Shown here piece after piece: positions 26,545-39,185 of a stretch of 64,000 bases of DNA; the stretch's first letter is position 1; each line of letters opens with the position of its first letter. Source of the stretch: Guillardia theta CCMP2712 (taxonomy: Eukaryota > Protista > Cryptophyta). The translations under genes and the position numbers were made by a program. The stretch is from the NCBI RefSeq assembly GCF_000315625.1, contig NW_005434587.1:231336-295335 (forward strand), read 5' to 3'. The notes below the pieces were generated by a model that made no database searches, was not told the DNA's origin, and saw nothing but the letters and a program-made list of their open reading frames with translations.

Positions 26545-26789
26545 GTTGCAGTGAGGTGAAATAGAGTGCTGCCTTCATGGAAAGAATCAGAAGACCTGCT
26601 GTCCTACGTGAAAACCAACACAACAGGGAATAAAACTTTGCCGGTTTCTATAGCCAATATAATTGGAAATCATACATGCAAAGCGTGATTTTTCTTTCTT
26701 CCTTTATTTTCTTGCAGTTAGCTGACAAAATCGTTTATTTGAAGAATCTTTGTAACGTCCTGCTAATCTCTAAGGGCTTCACAGTCCCT

Positions 26790-29700
26790 TGTTATACTCC
26801 AACATTGGGGGGCTGTCCGATCTATCTGACCTCGTCCGCCTGTCTCCATGTTGTCAACATGATGAATCCTTCAATCTTTTCCTATCACCTGAAATCTAGA
26901 GTCCTGATGCTGGGGCTTGTCTGCGGAGAGGTTCCAGCGCTCCTGCTCTTGTTGGGAGACCTACACCAATGTCAGTCAAAGAGACAGTTGCAACATGAAA
27001 GATGGAATAGGAGGGACGAAGTGCTGTGTCAGCAACTGGTTTCAAGATAGAAGGCGCATGGAGTTGTTGGCTAAGAACCGCACCTCTCGCCGTCGTTGCT
27101 GTAGAAACTTTCTGTGACTTCTTCGAGGTCGCTCTCAAACCTACAGCAAGCATCATTCTCAACATGCTCCAGCAGGAATTCAAAGGTTACCGTCGGACAG
27201 CATGGATGTTCTCTTGATCATCCGCATCCTCCCATTCTGCATCGACCATATCGTCGTTCTCTCCTTCCTCGGATTCTTCGCCATCCTGACCAAAACAGTC
27301 AGAATAAGTGAACTAAACATAAATGAAAGTGATCTCACGGAAGAGCGCAAATCTACGACGTCCAACGGAAGCCCGTCGATGCAAGCGTGCGACTTGATCT
27401 TTTTCATACCAACACTTGCCGGAGCACCTTCCTGGTCCTTTGTTTGTTTCTCTTGCTCGTCACTTTCCTCCTGAGGCCCTTCCAACACACCGACGCCGTG
27501 CTTTTCTCCATTTTGCCAGCCGCCCATATAAACTTCTCCCGAGGGATAATATCTCGCACCTTTTCCGTGCGGTAAATCGTTTTCAAACATTCCTGCAATG
27601 CATTCAGAATCCACAAGTAAGTCCATCACAAACATCACCTTGATGCGCTTCTCCTGTCGTGGACCAGAAAAGGTATCCGTAACCGTGACGCTTGTCTGCA
27701 ACCCATCCTCCCTGATACCAACTTCCGTTGGAATACTCGAACCTACCGTGACCCTGAAACAGCATCAGCATGTCCTGCCTTTGCAACAATTCACCACGCC
27801 TGTTTTCCGATTGATGACTTGTAGCCTCCCTCGTAGAGACTTCCATCCGGATATTTCACCATCGCTTGTCCTTGTCGACTGCCTGGAGTCCAAAGGTAAA
27901 CGTGGTGAAGTCGAACTCTCGATGTATACCTCGATGCCATTCACCATCGTAAATCAATCCACGAGATTTCCAAACGCAAACACCACGCCCATGATGTCTG
28001 CCGCTGTTGCCCGACTTTCCAACCTCTGCTTGGTATTGTCCATCGTATCTCCACTTTCCTTCTGAGCCTTCGCCGTACTGCTGGATATCAGGATAGATCT
28101 TGGCAAGGAATTCATCTTACCTCGCTCAGTAAATCGATCGTGCTGCCATCGGCTAAGATTCCTTGCCACTGAATGCAAAGTCAACACATACATAGTATAT
28201 GCTTCGGTATCAATACCTTATACTCATCGGTCGGCTCGAACGCATGTGAGACAGAGCTGAACATTCCAAACAGGCCTCCAGATTTTTGCTTTGGCAACTT
28301 TTCTGGGCCAACCAACTGAAAAGAATCAGCAAAGATGCAAACAACACATCACAAGCTGTAAACAAACAACAAATACGGGACCTACCTGTTGATTCGGTTT
28401 CGGGCTGTACCTCCACCTTTCTCCAACGATTCTCAATTGTTGAACCCAATCATCCCTCACTGCCTGGGATTCACATATGAAGGTGTATTCCTTCGAATTG
28501 ACGAGAACCCGGATGGAATAGACGTACACCTGGGCCACTCATGTAAACCAAGGTCAAATACCCTTCGAAAAGTACCTTGTTGTTGATGGGAATCACTCCA
28601 TGCTTGGGGTAAATCTTACGGGCCGGAGGCAAAGGTAAAACACCGATTGGAACCAAAGACGTCTCGGAACGAAAAATGAGGCAAGCCCCTGTAATTGTGT
28701 AAAGTGAATCCCGGAGTAACAATTGAATGTATTGCAATACCCAAGGAAGGAACAAGTCGGAGATATTTCTTTTTGGGAGCAAGGTATTTAGTTCTGCCCC
28801 CCATAACAGTACCCTTCTTGGTGGATTCTAGATACCCCTGAAGGTGTATAAGAAGCCCACAGCGCAAAAGTGTAGCTCCAATGTTACCTCTTTTGCAAAG
28901 GGAATCTTGGACAGCAATCCTCGAATCTGCTCTTCATCCAGGTACGATGAGTGTACATAGTTAGAAGCCGCCCTAGCAGGCTGTTCTGATGGCATTCCAT
29001 GTATACTCTCATCTTGCGACGCTGCAAGGAACTCTTCGGTCTTGTTTGCTTGCCAAGGCGCAAGGGTCTCCACGGACTCATCTCTCACAGCATCTGAAAG
29101 ATCCAACGAGAAATTTCTTAGCGCTTCAGACGATCCTTGTAAATTGAAGGTTGGCGGTCCGTTTATATCCCTTAGAAGCCTGGAAGCTATACCAGGAGAT
29201 CGTTGCTGCTGATTTCAGCGTCAGTGAGTAAGATGCTTGCCATCAAGTTCAAGTATACAAAGGTTGACGAGTTCAGATCCATTGACGGCCTTGCAATATA
29301 ATTGAAATCAGATCCAAATTCATCCAAATCATCAATGTGAGTTTGGCTGGATGATTTCAGAAGCTTCGAATTCTGAATATTGCAGTCGATTTCAGTATAA
29401 AGACTACTCCAATGCACTAAATTACCTTCCACGAAAGATCTGAGGTGAAGGTTTGATCAAAGTTCGATATGTCCAAGTCATCTTTAAGCTGAAACAGAAG
29501 AATGAACATTGCGAAGAACTAAAAAATCGTGTACAAACCTCCGGCACTATGCTTGGACGGAGCTGGCGCATGAGGACATGCTCCCAACGAATGCCTTGAA
29601 ACCACGCTTGAGTCTTGATGGGCATGGCATCCCCCTGTCAACAACAAGTCGTGGTTGCGAGTCAGGCGCTCATTTCAAGATGTAGGGTTTAGGGTTCAAA

Positions 29701-30985
29701 TTAAATTAAGAATCAACGAAACTTACCACCGGTTCCGCAATGCTACTCTTCTTTCCCTTGGTACGATGAACAGCCCCCAATCTGTGCGCTGGGTTGGTCT
29801 TCAAAAGCCCACGAATGAGGATTCGGGCTGACTCTGACACTGTTCCAAAGATTAGGTCGTGCGAGAAACCAGAATTTAGAAAGCACCGTGATCAGGAAAT
29901 GGAATTGGTTCCGTCAATAATCTCTGGTAGGCAGCTTTGGCATTCGAAGAATAGAAGGGAGGCAGTCCAACGAGCATTTCATATATCAAAATACCCAAGC
30001 TCCACCAGTCCGCTTGCACGTCGTGTCCTTGCATCAGTAATACTTCTGGTGCCATATAGTACGGACTGCCTGCAACAGTCTTTGCTGTCGCGGCATCCGT
30101 TACATCCCTCGCCAAACCAAAGTCTGTCAATTTAATATGCCCACCCCTGTCAAGCAAGACGTTTTCAGGTTTTATGTCCCGATATATGATTCCCATTGAG
30201 TGAAGGTACTCCAAAGCAAGAAGGATCTCTGCGGCCCAGATTCTTGCATCCCGTTCAGAAAAAAATTTCTGTTTCTTGAGGTGGATGAACAGTTCTCCAC
30301 CATTGATGAAATCCATCACTAGACAAAGTGAACTTCCTGTTTGGAATGCATAGTACAAGGTAACGATGAATGGATGATTGACGATTTCCAATACTTTTCG
30401 TTCTGCTTTGGTATTCTGCACTTGGTCCCGCTTGCGCACAAAGCTTTTCTCTAGAACTTTCAAAGCATATATCGCACTTGTGTCCTTTTTGCGCACTTGA
30501 AACACCTGGCCAAAGGAACCCCTCCCAACCATGGAAATCAATTCAAAGTCTTCAATCCTCAATTGTTGAGGATTTATCAAAACTCCCTCCAAGGCTTGCA
30601 TCCATTGAAGGTATTGCTGCCTATCTGGACAGAGAAGGTAGACCTCTTTCCGATTAGGGTGGAAGATGCCAAAACTATTGCTGTTACCAGTCTGCTTCTT
30701 CGCACACGATAGGGAGCATCCTTCGAGATGAATCACATTGTCCGGAACCAATTTTCTCCTATATCGGGTTTCCTCCTTCCATGCACATAATGTATGTGGA
30801 TGGGGACCGATCAGAGCGCAAAAGCGCAGCTGATAACGATAGAAGTTGCCCATTGGATTTCCCATCTTATTCATCCAGTGCTCTCTTTCTTTCCAGAGAG
30901 ATCCTGACATAATCACAGTATCTGACTCTGTGGATCTCCTTGACGGAGAAGATTCAATGTCATTGGAACGCCTTCCCGCCATCAT
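26790..30985 (-). CDS. PH - AGC (Akt/PKB-like) kinase - AGC C-tail - second PH - ~6 MORN repeats
   Basis: PH1 at ~30580-30915. Kinase motifs GRGSFG, YALK, YRDIKPEN, DFG, APE, DWWSLG. C-tail SNFDQTF. PH2 GYLES...KKKYLRL...KEYTFICESQAVRDDWVQQLR at ~28430-28840. MORN units such as YDGEWHRG|SRQGQA, YEGGYKSSIGKQ|GHG, YQGGWVADKRHGYG, YMGGWQNGEKHGVG. Last exons uncertain. Confidence 0.85.
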
Positions 30986-31544
30986 TCTTCAAAAATTCTT
31001 CAACGAGACGAGTCACGAAAAGTCACTGGCACGTAGTAATGTGAACTTGCTTGGTACCAGCGCCTTTCGAGTTACCAAACCATACTCCGGTGTGACTTGA
31101 TGCTTATGTTACCATGCTTCGGTGAGACCTACCACCCCATCCGTCGACAAGAACAAATATCCTCCTGCGACGTGCTGTTAGAAACAATGAGGCACTCCCG
31201 GCACTCAAGCTGAACATGGGCTACGAGCAAGCTAACAGAACAGATAGTCATTCGTTTTGGAACCTTATCCGACACCTTGTTATTCTCTAGAAGAGGAGCT
31301 TATCTTGATCAATGACAGATATTCAAGCTCGCGTACAAGAACCTTCATCGGAGAAGCTCATCGCGATGGGGCCCTTCCATCCCAACTACTTGATTCAGCA
31401 CCTTGCCTACGCACATCTCCATCCTACATCTATACAATCTGGTGCCCTTTCTGTAGTCTCGCTTCTATTCGTCCTCTTCCTTCCCGCTCTTCCTCCGTTC
31501 GGCTCCCTGCATTGCCTACAAGAAACATAGCCGAGGCAGCACGG

Positions 31545-32710
31545 GGCGGATAGGGGGTAGGGGTGATGAAGCTGAAAGGACGGGTAGGGTAATGTGGTAA
31601 ACGATGGGGTAGATATTGTGAGAAAGCTAGGGGGTACTCTCCAGACTCGGAGCAGGGTAGTAGACACTGAGAACAGGAGGGGTGTCGGGAGATTGGGTTG
31701 GAGGCTGATAAGGAAATAGGGGTTCAAAGCTGAAGGGTGGGTAGTACCTAGGGGTAGTAGACGAAGGGCATAGGGAAGATAGGGGGTGTTGAAAAGTGAT
31801 GTTCGTCCCCATGAGGGTTGGAAAATTGAGGGTAGGGTGGGGGTATTGATAATGGGGGTGGAACAACATGTGGGGTACGGGGGGTTGTATCTACCCACCC
31901 AGTAGTCCCCACCATGTACTATAGAAGGAGTGGAAGAAGGGTGGGTACTAGACTACACTGGTACCCATTGGAAAAATTTGTTAAAATGCTGGAGATGGTG
32001 GGGTGGTGGTAGGACGAACAAGGGTAGTAATGAGGCTGACCATAGAGCTTTTCAAGGGTAATTTTGGAGTGGTGTTTGAAAGACCTGGAGAGGGTGGGTG
32101 GTAAATATTTAGAGCTGTTGAGAGATCGATCACTCCAAATCAAAAATTCAAGGGTTGTGGTGGGTAGGGGTGGTAGGTGGTGTTCGAATTGTGTTCTGAT
32201 AGCGGGTAGGGGTACAAAGATCCTGATTGGAGTGTGGCTATGCATGGGGTGAACTATAAGGTCTAGAGGGGTGTAGGAGAAAATCAGGGGTGATGCCTGA
32301 CACCCGAGTCTTGTAGGGATGGGAGAGGGTAGGGGTGAAGATGAAAAGGGGGTAGTCCAAAACATGAGGGAATGGGGAATGCCGAAACGAATCATGGGGG
32401 TGGGGTAGAATATCGGACGTAAGGGGGTAGTGGCGGTGTGGGACGTAATGGGAAAGAGGTGGGTGGGGGTGGAAAGCAGGGGGTTGAAGGTGTAGGTGTG
32501 GTGTGAACGAGTGGCAGGGTGGAGGTTTGTGGGGGAAAAGGAGGATACGTTCATGGAGGCCGGGTAAGAATGGGGGGTAGGGGTACTTCATAAGGGGTGG
32601 AGAGGATCAAAAGCCAAATGAGGTTGGGTACAAAGGGTCACACAACAATAAAAATTGATGGAACTTTGGGGGTAGGGTCATATCATACGGGGTCAGGGGG
32701 TACGAGAACT
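31545..32710 (+). repeat. Degenerate G-run array (GGGTAGGG-like) in a divergent intergenic region
   Basis: Strong G skew and dozens of G3-G6 runs. GGGTAGGG at 31555, 31582, 31830, 32162, 32204, 32327, 32575, 32670. Confidence 0.7.
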
Positions 32711-32998
32711 TGGAAAACGGAGTGGACCTCCCCATCTGAGGCAAGCTTGGATCTTATCTAGTGAGCCCCGAAGGTTCAGTGACCGCGTCACTGAGAGTCC
32801 TGCATGCCACCGGGCTCCTTCCGATACCACCGGGCTAGCCCGCCTCACGCGTACAGGATGTACCGGTACTTCATCGCAGAAAAGACGGGGTATTTGAATT
32901 CACGGGTACTTTAGCAGGAAAACCCAGGGGTGTGCGAATGACACGGGTAGTCTGCGTTTACAAAGAAGGGGTGGGTGGCAAGACGTCCTTTCGCAATC

Positions 32999-35511
32999 AT
33001 GGCGGCGTGGGGCGGGGAAGGAGGGAGGAGAGGGAGAGGAGCGATGGCAGGAAGTGCGGTGGCAGCCATCTTGACAGCTGCTCTTATTCTTGTCTGTGTG
33101 TCTCTAGCATTTATCAAGTCAGACTCTCTCCTTCAAAAAGTAGATCAGCTGTCTCTGACCGACCCGATCGACGACGCGCTGGCAACCGGAAGAGAATTCA
33201 CTGTGCCTGGAGGCTTGAATGATGCTGTTCCGAGATCAAAGAGCGGCATTCAATCAGCAGAAGCAAAGCTGGCACGTTTCCAGTCGCTCTACGATGACGA
33301 GAAGATGTCAGAAGCCGAGCTTGCAGGGCGGCTATCAAGAGCCATCGACGAACACGAGAAGTGCAGGAGACATTGGCCTCACCTCGAGAGCCTCGAGGCT
33401 GCGCAGGAGATCCGTGTTCATGATGCACGGAATAATCTTGAGGTAGCTAATCGAGCCATGGAACGGGCGAGGAAGGAGCTGCAAGATGCCGAAGGTTTAG
33501 TCCTTGCTGCGCGACAGGTTCTATTGCAGACTAAAGGGTTGCAGTGAACTGACATGGTGTGCAGGAGCATCAGACCTACGAGACTCAGAGGACAGAGTTC
33601 CAGGAATTCAAAACTCAGTATGACGCGGAGACGTCGTCCATGAAGTCGAAAGCGAGATATGTTCAGCTGTATCAGATGCAAGAATCCAAGGAGGCAAAAT
33701 CTTACTCCGAGCAAGTCAGGAGGGCAAGGGATCTGACCAGACAGGAAGAACTCTTGCAGGACTCGAAGAATGATATCCTTAGCAAAGAACACGAGGAGAT
33801 GCAAGCCCTGCAGAGCAAAGAGCACCCTCCTCCCTTGCACAAACCTACCGTGGAAATCTCCCATCTGAAACCGAAGCTGTTGAAGCGGAAGACTCCCTTG
33901 TTGTCCAAGGTTCTGCTTGCTCCGTGCTCCACGTACCTCTCATGCTTTTCTCAACAGATTCGAGCCGGCATTGTTGTTCCGGCCGACGTCTCTGACAGGA
34001 GTGAAGATGAACAGCGGGAGGGGAGAATGAAGAAGCTTTCTGCTTTGAAACTCGTCAGAAAGCTCAGGGAGAAGCAGAGCGTGAGTGTCTCTTGTTGAAA
34101 AATGCTTCGTTGACAGTGATTGAGCAGGAATTGTCCAAGAAAGAGATCGATGCCTTCGCAAACCTCCCACACAACGAAAAGAAAATCGTCAAATTGGACA
34201 AGAAAATTGCGTCACTGCGTCGCCAGCAGGGTCTAGACCACAGCAGGATCGTGGTAGCAAAGGAAAATCTCCGGTCTGCGGAGGAGCACAATTATGGGAG
34301 CAAGAAGATCAAACTCTTGAAGGAGAAATTGGTCCTTGCGCGTGTCGATGATAAGATCAAGAACATGAAATTGAGGAAAGACGAGAAAGCCAAGGAAAGC
34401 CTGGTCAAGCATGAGAGGGATGGTCCCAAGTACTCGAGGCAGTTGACGGAGGTGCAAAGCAAGCTAAAGGAGCTGGAGGCTGAGCATCCAGACATTCTGA
34501 AAGAGCTTGACCAAGCAAGGGAGACTGAGCTGGTCGAATTGAGCAGCGAACATCAGGCACAACCGAAAAAGGTCTTGGATGAGTTTGCATTTTGTGTTCC
34601 TACTGACGAGAGGGTCCTGTGTAGAATGCTCTTCCCGAATACATTCGTCGTGAGTCCAAGAAAGAATTGAGGAAGAAGATCGAGGCAAACAGAAAGAGGC
34701 TGCAGTCTATCAGAGACGAGCTGCTGGCTGTGCAAACCAAGCTAAGGGCTCAGCAGCAGGAGGTTGGGGTACATGAACAGAAGCTGAGGGATCGCCATCA
34801 CGAGGTTAAACATTCCACCACGCTGTTGATGAATGGGAACAGTCAAGAGCTCCAGGTGCGAGAGTTGAACCCGTTAAGCCTCCACCATGACATTCCTGCA
34901 GGAGTTGACCAACGTGTACGAAGACAAGCTGAGGGCGCTGCACGAAGAGAGAAAGAAGGCTGACGGGCTGCTGGCTAAGGCAGAGAGGATGCTCAACGTT
35001 GCTCGACTGGACAGTCTGCATGCCTCGAGGACGAAAGCTGCAGCACTGGAGGAGCTCTCTTACGCCACTGCGAAGCTGAGAAGATATCAGGACCTCCGAT
35101 CGCACTCGCAGAGATGCCAGGTCGGTCTCCTCCCTCTCTCATCCTCCTCCTCCTCCTCCTCCTCCTCCTCCTGTTTCCTCCTCCTCCTGTTTCCTCCTCC
35201 TCCTGTTTCCTCCTCCTCCTCTTCCCGCCTTCGTCACCGTCCCTGTTCCTCTTACCCTCTTGCGTTGCCTCGCCCTCGCCCTCGCCCTCGCCCTCCTGAA
35301 TGCCTCTCGCCTTCCACAGATGGATGCCTGGTCGGAAATCCGCGAGTTGACACATAGGGCAAGGAGCAACAAGCTGCTTGAGGTAGAGCGTGTAGAGGTG
35401 CGAGGCATTTGCTGACGTGGAAGGCTCGACCAGGGGAAGGACTTGTCCAAGATTGAAGTTCTTCGACAAGTTGTGGATGATGCGAAGACGCAGGAGTTGG
35501 CTCAGATATAA
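32999..35511 (+). CDS. Type II membrane-anchored coiled-coil protein
   Basis: N-terminal TM AVAAILTAALILVCVSLAFI, then heptad-rich exons (33559-34098, 34092-34670, 34667-34963) joined by short introns. Ends ...DAKTQELAQI*. Confidence 0.65.
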
Positions 35512-35635
35512 CAAGTTTCTCTGTTGTACTCGTCTCATCTCATGTAAATTTGAATAACAAACCGATTGAAACAGCTGAGATCATCATGACTGTCTGTGCT
35601 GACACGACCACCAGACTTCACAGCGGCCGCTCCCT

Positions 35636-36960
35636 TCACGCCTCTTCCATATTGATTCCTGTCTTCTCGTAGATTCGCTGAGCGCAAGACGCGATAAGGT
35701 CCTAAGAGGAGACAAATGTCAGACTCCCCTCAGGGCTCGACGCTGATTTGGTCCTGGAGGACGAAATTCCTGCTGCCCTCACTCACCGGGGTAGCGGAGA
35801 CTTTGGAGGAGGAGGAGCGGAAGCGCTTGGAGAGTAGCTGAGTCATCACTGACATCTCGTTGGAATTTGCTGCAGCAGGTGGTCAGCAGGTGGAAGCGGA
35901 AAGAGCGAGCAAACCTTCGCTCTGCTGAAGGAACGAGGTCATGCTTGTCAAGAGCTGTTCCTGCCTCCTCTGCAAGCCTTCGATCCCCTTCTTCCCTGTA
36001 ATCTTCTCGATGTTCTCTCTCAACTGCGAGTGCTGCTTCTCGTGCTCCTCTCGGATCCGCTTCTCGGCGGAGGAGGAGGAGGAGCACATGTCTTCGTAGC
36101 TCCTCTTCAGCCCTCTAACTTCCTCTTGCAGCTGTGAAGCCTTCTGCTCGCTCTCTTCCTTGTTCCCTTCGAGCAACTTGATCTCAGCTTCCATCGCTTC
36201 GATCCTCTGGGTGCCTTGAGCGCAGACGTCAGCTACAACGAGGAGACGTGAGCATGTCAAACACTCACGAGTTGTAATCTGCTCCTCCATTTCCAAAATC
36301 TTCGCTTTGATGGCTTGACCCTCCTCCTCGTTCTGTTCGTCGTGCACTTTCTCTTCTTGTGCAGAGCATTCACTCTCAAGTTTTTCCTGCGCTCTCCGAA
36401 GCTCCTCCTACATCAATCCTCACAAGAAAAACAACACAGTTGGCTATTGCTTACCGTTGACTTCTGCACTTCCTGGATTTGATTGAACACGCTCTCAATC
36501 TCACCCTTTTTCTGATTCAATCGCGACTGATAGTCTTGCAAGACTTCAGAAACTTGTTCATCGATTGCTTTCTTTGCCGCTGCAAACTGTTCATTCATTT
36601 GGATTGCAAGTCTCTCTTTCTCTTCTCTCTTTGAAGAAAGCAGTTCTTCCAGTTTCTGTTGCAGAGCAGCCGAAACATTCGTTCTCTTCGAATCGTATTT
36701 TGAGTTCAAGCTATCCTCTGTGGTGATTCGAAAACTTGTTTGCGGAAAGAAATCGAGCTTGTTGGGATTCACTGTCTTGCTCCAGTTTCGCATTTTCTGA
36801 ATGGTCGTCACGTCACCTATGACATCAACTACGAAGCAAACACTATAGACATGTAATGTGATGATTCCTCTGAAGTCATGGCAAGATATGTTTATCACAT
36901 GAATGGTTTCGGTTGTATACGCCCATAGCAGCAGCAACCAAGGAAAGCTTACTCATGAAC
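35636..36960 (-). CDS. Coiled-coil hypothetical protein (5' end uncertain)
   Basis: Heptad-rich exons in ORFs 36413-36937 and 35883-36347. Final exon DLIASCAQRIYEKTGINMEEA* with stop at 35636-35638. Confidence 0.55.
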
Positions 36961-37035
36961 AGGCAAAGGGAATGGTTCGGGGAGTATTGCGAGGTTGAAC
37001 GGAAGGGAAGGGGGGGGAGGGGGGGCGTGGGGGTA

Positions 37036-37174
37036 ATCATCATCATCATCATCTCCATCATCATCTTCATCATCATCATCATCTCCATCATCATCTTCAT
37101 CATCTCCATCATCATCTCCATGTCCTTGCCTGTAAGTCGCCATTTATCATCATCATCATCATCATCACCATCAC

Positions 37175-37210
<36 letters not shown>

Positions 37211-37238
37211 GTCCTTGCCTGTAAGTCGCCATTTATCG
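37036..37238 (+). repeat. (CAT)n microsatellite with a duplicated 30-bp unit
   Basis: CATGTCCTTGCCTGTAAGTCGCCATTTATC at ~37119 and ~37208. Confidence 0.9.
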
Positions 37239-37789
37239 TTGCCATCGTTCGCGTGCATCTCCGCAGCGCTACGTCCATTTTGAATCTACACGCCCTTGAA
37301 CCACATCCCCGCACAGACCCTTGTAATCACGGAGGCCCCTGCGGAGGCCCCGTCCCCGCTCAGACAGGCCAGGTCAATGTGGGGATGTGGGTACAGCTAT
37401 TTCGGGTATCCAATTCGGGCGCCATGGGTGGAGCGGAGTATGCACGGATTGTGGATGTTGAAGTAGGGGTAAGCCATGTCGACGTTACATGTTATCTTCG
37501 TCCTCCTTCCCCACATCTTCTCTCTATGATTCTCTTCATCACTATCATCCCTCTTGTCCTCCATATCCTCGATCTTCTCGCGGCTCCTCTCCATCTACTG
37601 CTGTCATTTTCGTTGTGCTCCCTCCGCTCGTTCTTTTCAAGCTGTTTTTGCTTCTGAATCGATCTGCCCTCATCAAATTCATCTTGTCACTTGTTGTGAG
37701 AGGAACGTCCTTGCTTCCTATCTTTCTATTGTGCCGTTGGACCTCTTTGAACGCTTTCTTTTCGTGTGTGGTTTTAACGAGGTTTACAG

Positions 37790-38791
37790 GCTGTCGCCCC
37801 AGGAACTGTTTTCCTTCGTAGCAATGGCGAGAGGAGCCGAAAGTTTGGAAGGGCAAGCGCTCTCATCGTATGTTGTGCAGCTGCTGCATGCGTTGCGCTG
37901 CTAGGAGGACTCGGAAAGGTTCCACAGGATGCCCTTTCGATATCCAAGATCTACACGAACAAGGGGGAAGCGGCTTCTGCTCTAGCGAACAAGCAAGCGC
38001 TTAAGCTAGCGGCTTCTGCCAATTCTCTTAGCTCGACAGCAGCAGGGATCCTTCAGGTTTCCAAGCGCTGTGCATGCCTGTTGTCTTAATGCAAGTTGAC
38101 CAGGATGCTCGCATGCATGCCTCGCTCTCAACTGGCTACAGACCCACTGGTGCGCGGGAAACGGAGGTATGCGTCCTAGCTCCCTCTCCTATCTCTCATC
38201 TTAGCTCGCTCTCGCCTTGACATCCTTGCGCGTGACTGTCTTTGTTAGTTGTCAACAGCTCCTTCGAAGGCACATAGCAGAGCGCACGCACATGCTTTGA
38301 AGGAAGTGGTGAGATTCATGATTTACCTTGAAACTGTACCTGATTGCAGCTATAGATGAAGACAATGCATAGTGCACAAATTTTGGCCTCGAATGGCAGC
38401 AACACCAGCCAAGAGAAGTCGGTAATCTCTACTGATTTTCCTTGAATGGTGCTTTGAACAAATATCACAGAAAGTCCTGGGTGCTTCAGGAGACAAAGTT
38501 TTTGGAGGGGCAAACAGCACAGTGGCTGGGTTTCTGGGGTTCAAGAAGGATTCAGACCCCAACTTTCTGGGAATCCCCTTCCCCATCGTCATGTTCATCT
38601 TTGTTTTCTGTGGAGCCATCGCTGCCATTTCTGTGGGATGCTTGATCGCAAGGAAAACAGACTTGCTGAAGGTTTTTAACGTTGTATACAACCCCTTGTC
38701 CCTTAGAGAGCTGGTGCAGGTCAACAAGGAGGAGGCTGGTGGACCAGCACGACCAGTTGATGAAGAGCCCGACACGAAAGGATACAAGTGA
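37790..38791 (+). CDS. Hypothetical protein with C-terminal transmembrane helix
   Basis: Last exons GFLGFKKDSDPNFLGIPFPIVMFIFVFCGAIAAISVGCLIARK...KGYK*. Upstream exons only partly resolved. Confidence 0.4.
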
Positions 38792-39185
38792 GCAGACTCA
38801 TTTGCGCAGTGAGACTGGGACTGATTCCATTTCCTGCAGCTGGCGAAATCAAGAAGATTAGGTCTAAAAAAAGCTTGTCACGCCAACTATTGTAGCCTGA
38901 GGAGGTTTTTTCATTACCAGCTCCACTGATGGTTTGAGTTCGCTCCATGACGAATTGGAATGCCGATTGATGAAGATAACGTAGTTACTCTTTTCATTGT
39001 AACTAAAACTTTGTAACTAGAAACTTGATGTTTCCTTCTAAGCCATGCTGGTCTTTGTCGGCTATTTGCGGTCATGTCACAATTCCTTGTGCTCGGCATG
39101 GAATTCTTGGCTTTCTTCATTTCTTGCTTGTCGCACCTCAATGGTGTAGTAGTGTACAACTCTTCAAACTCATATTGCACTTGAA

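Noticed and set aside
29682-29696. TAGGGTTTAGGGTT telomere-like sequence in a kinase intron
   Set aside because: Only about two units; compatible with chance.
13339-30985. Apparent lipid-signalling cluster (PRELI, FYVE, PH-kinase)
   Set aside because: Interspersed with unrelated genes (DNALI1, MRPL21); these domains are common, so there is no evidence of functional clustering.
31407-32591. Pro/Thr/His-rich minus-strand ORFs
   Set aside because: By-product of the G-skewed array; no domain signal or splice structure.
37119-37238. 30-bp direct repeat with a spacer, superficially CRISPR-like
   Set aside because: Only two copies, the spacer is (CAT)n, the context is eukaryotic and there are no cas genes; a slippage duplication explains it.
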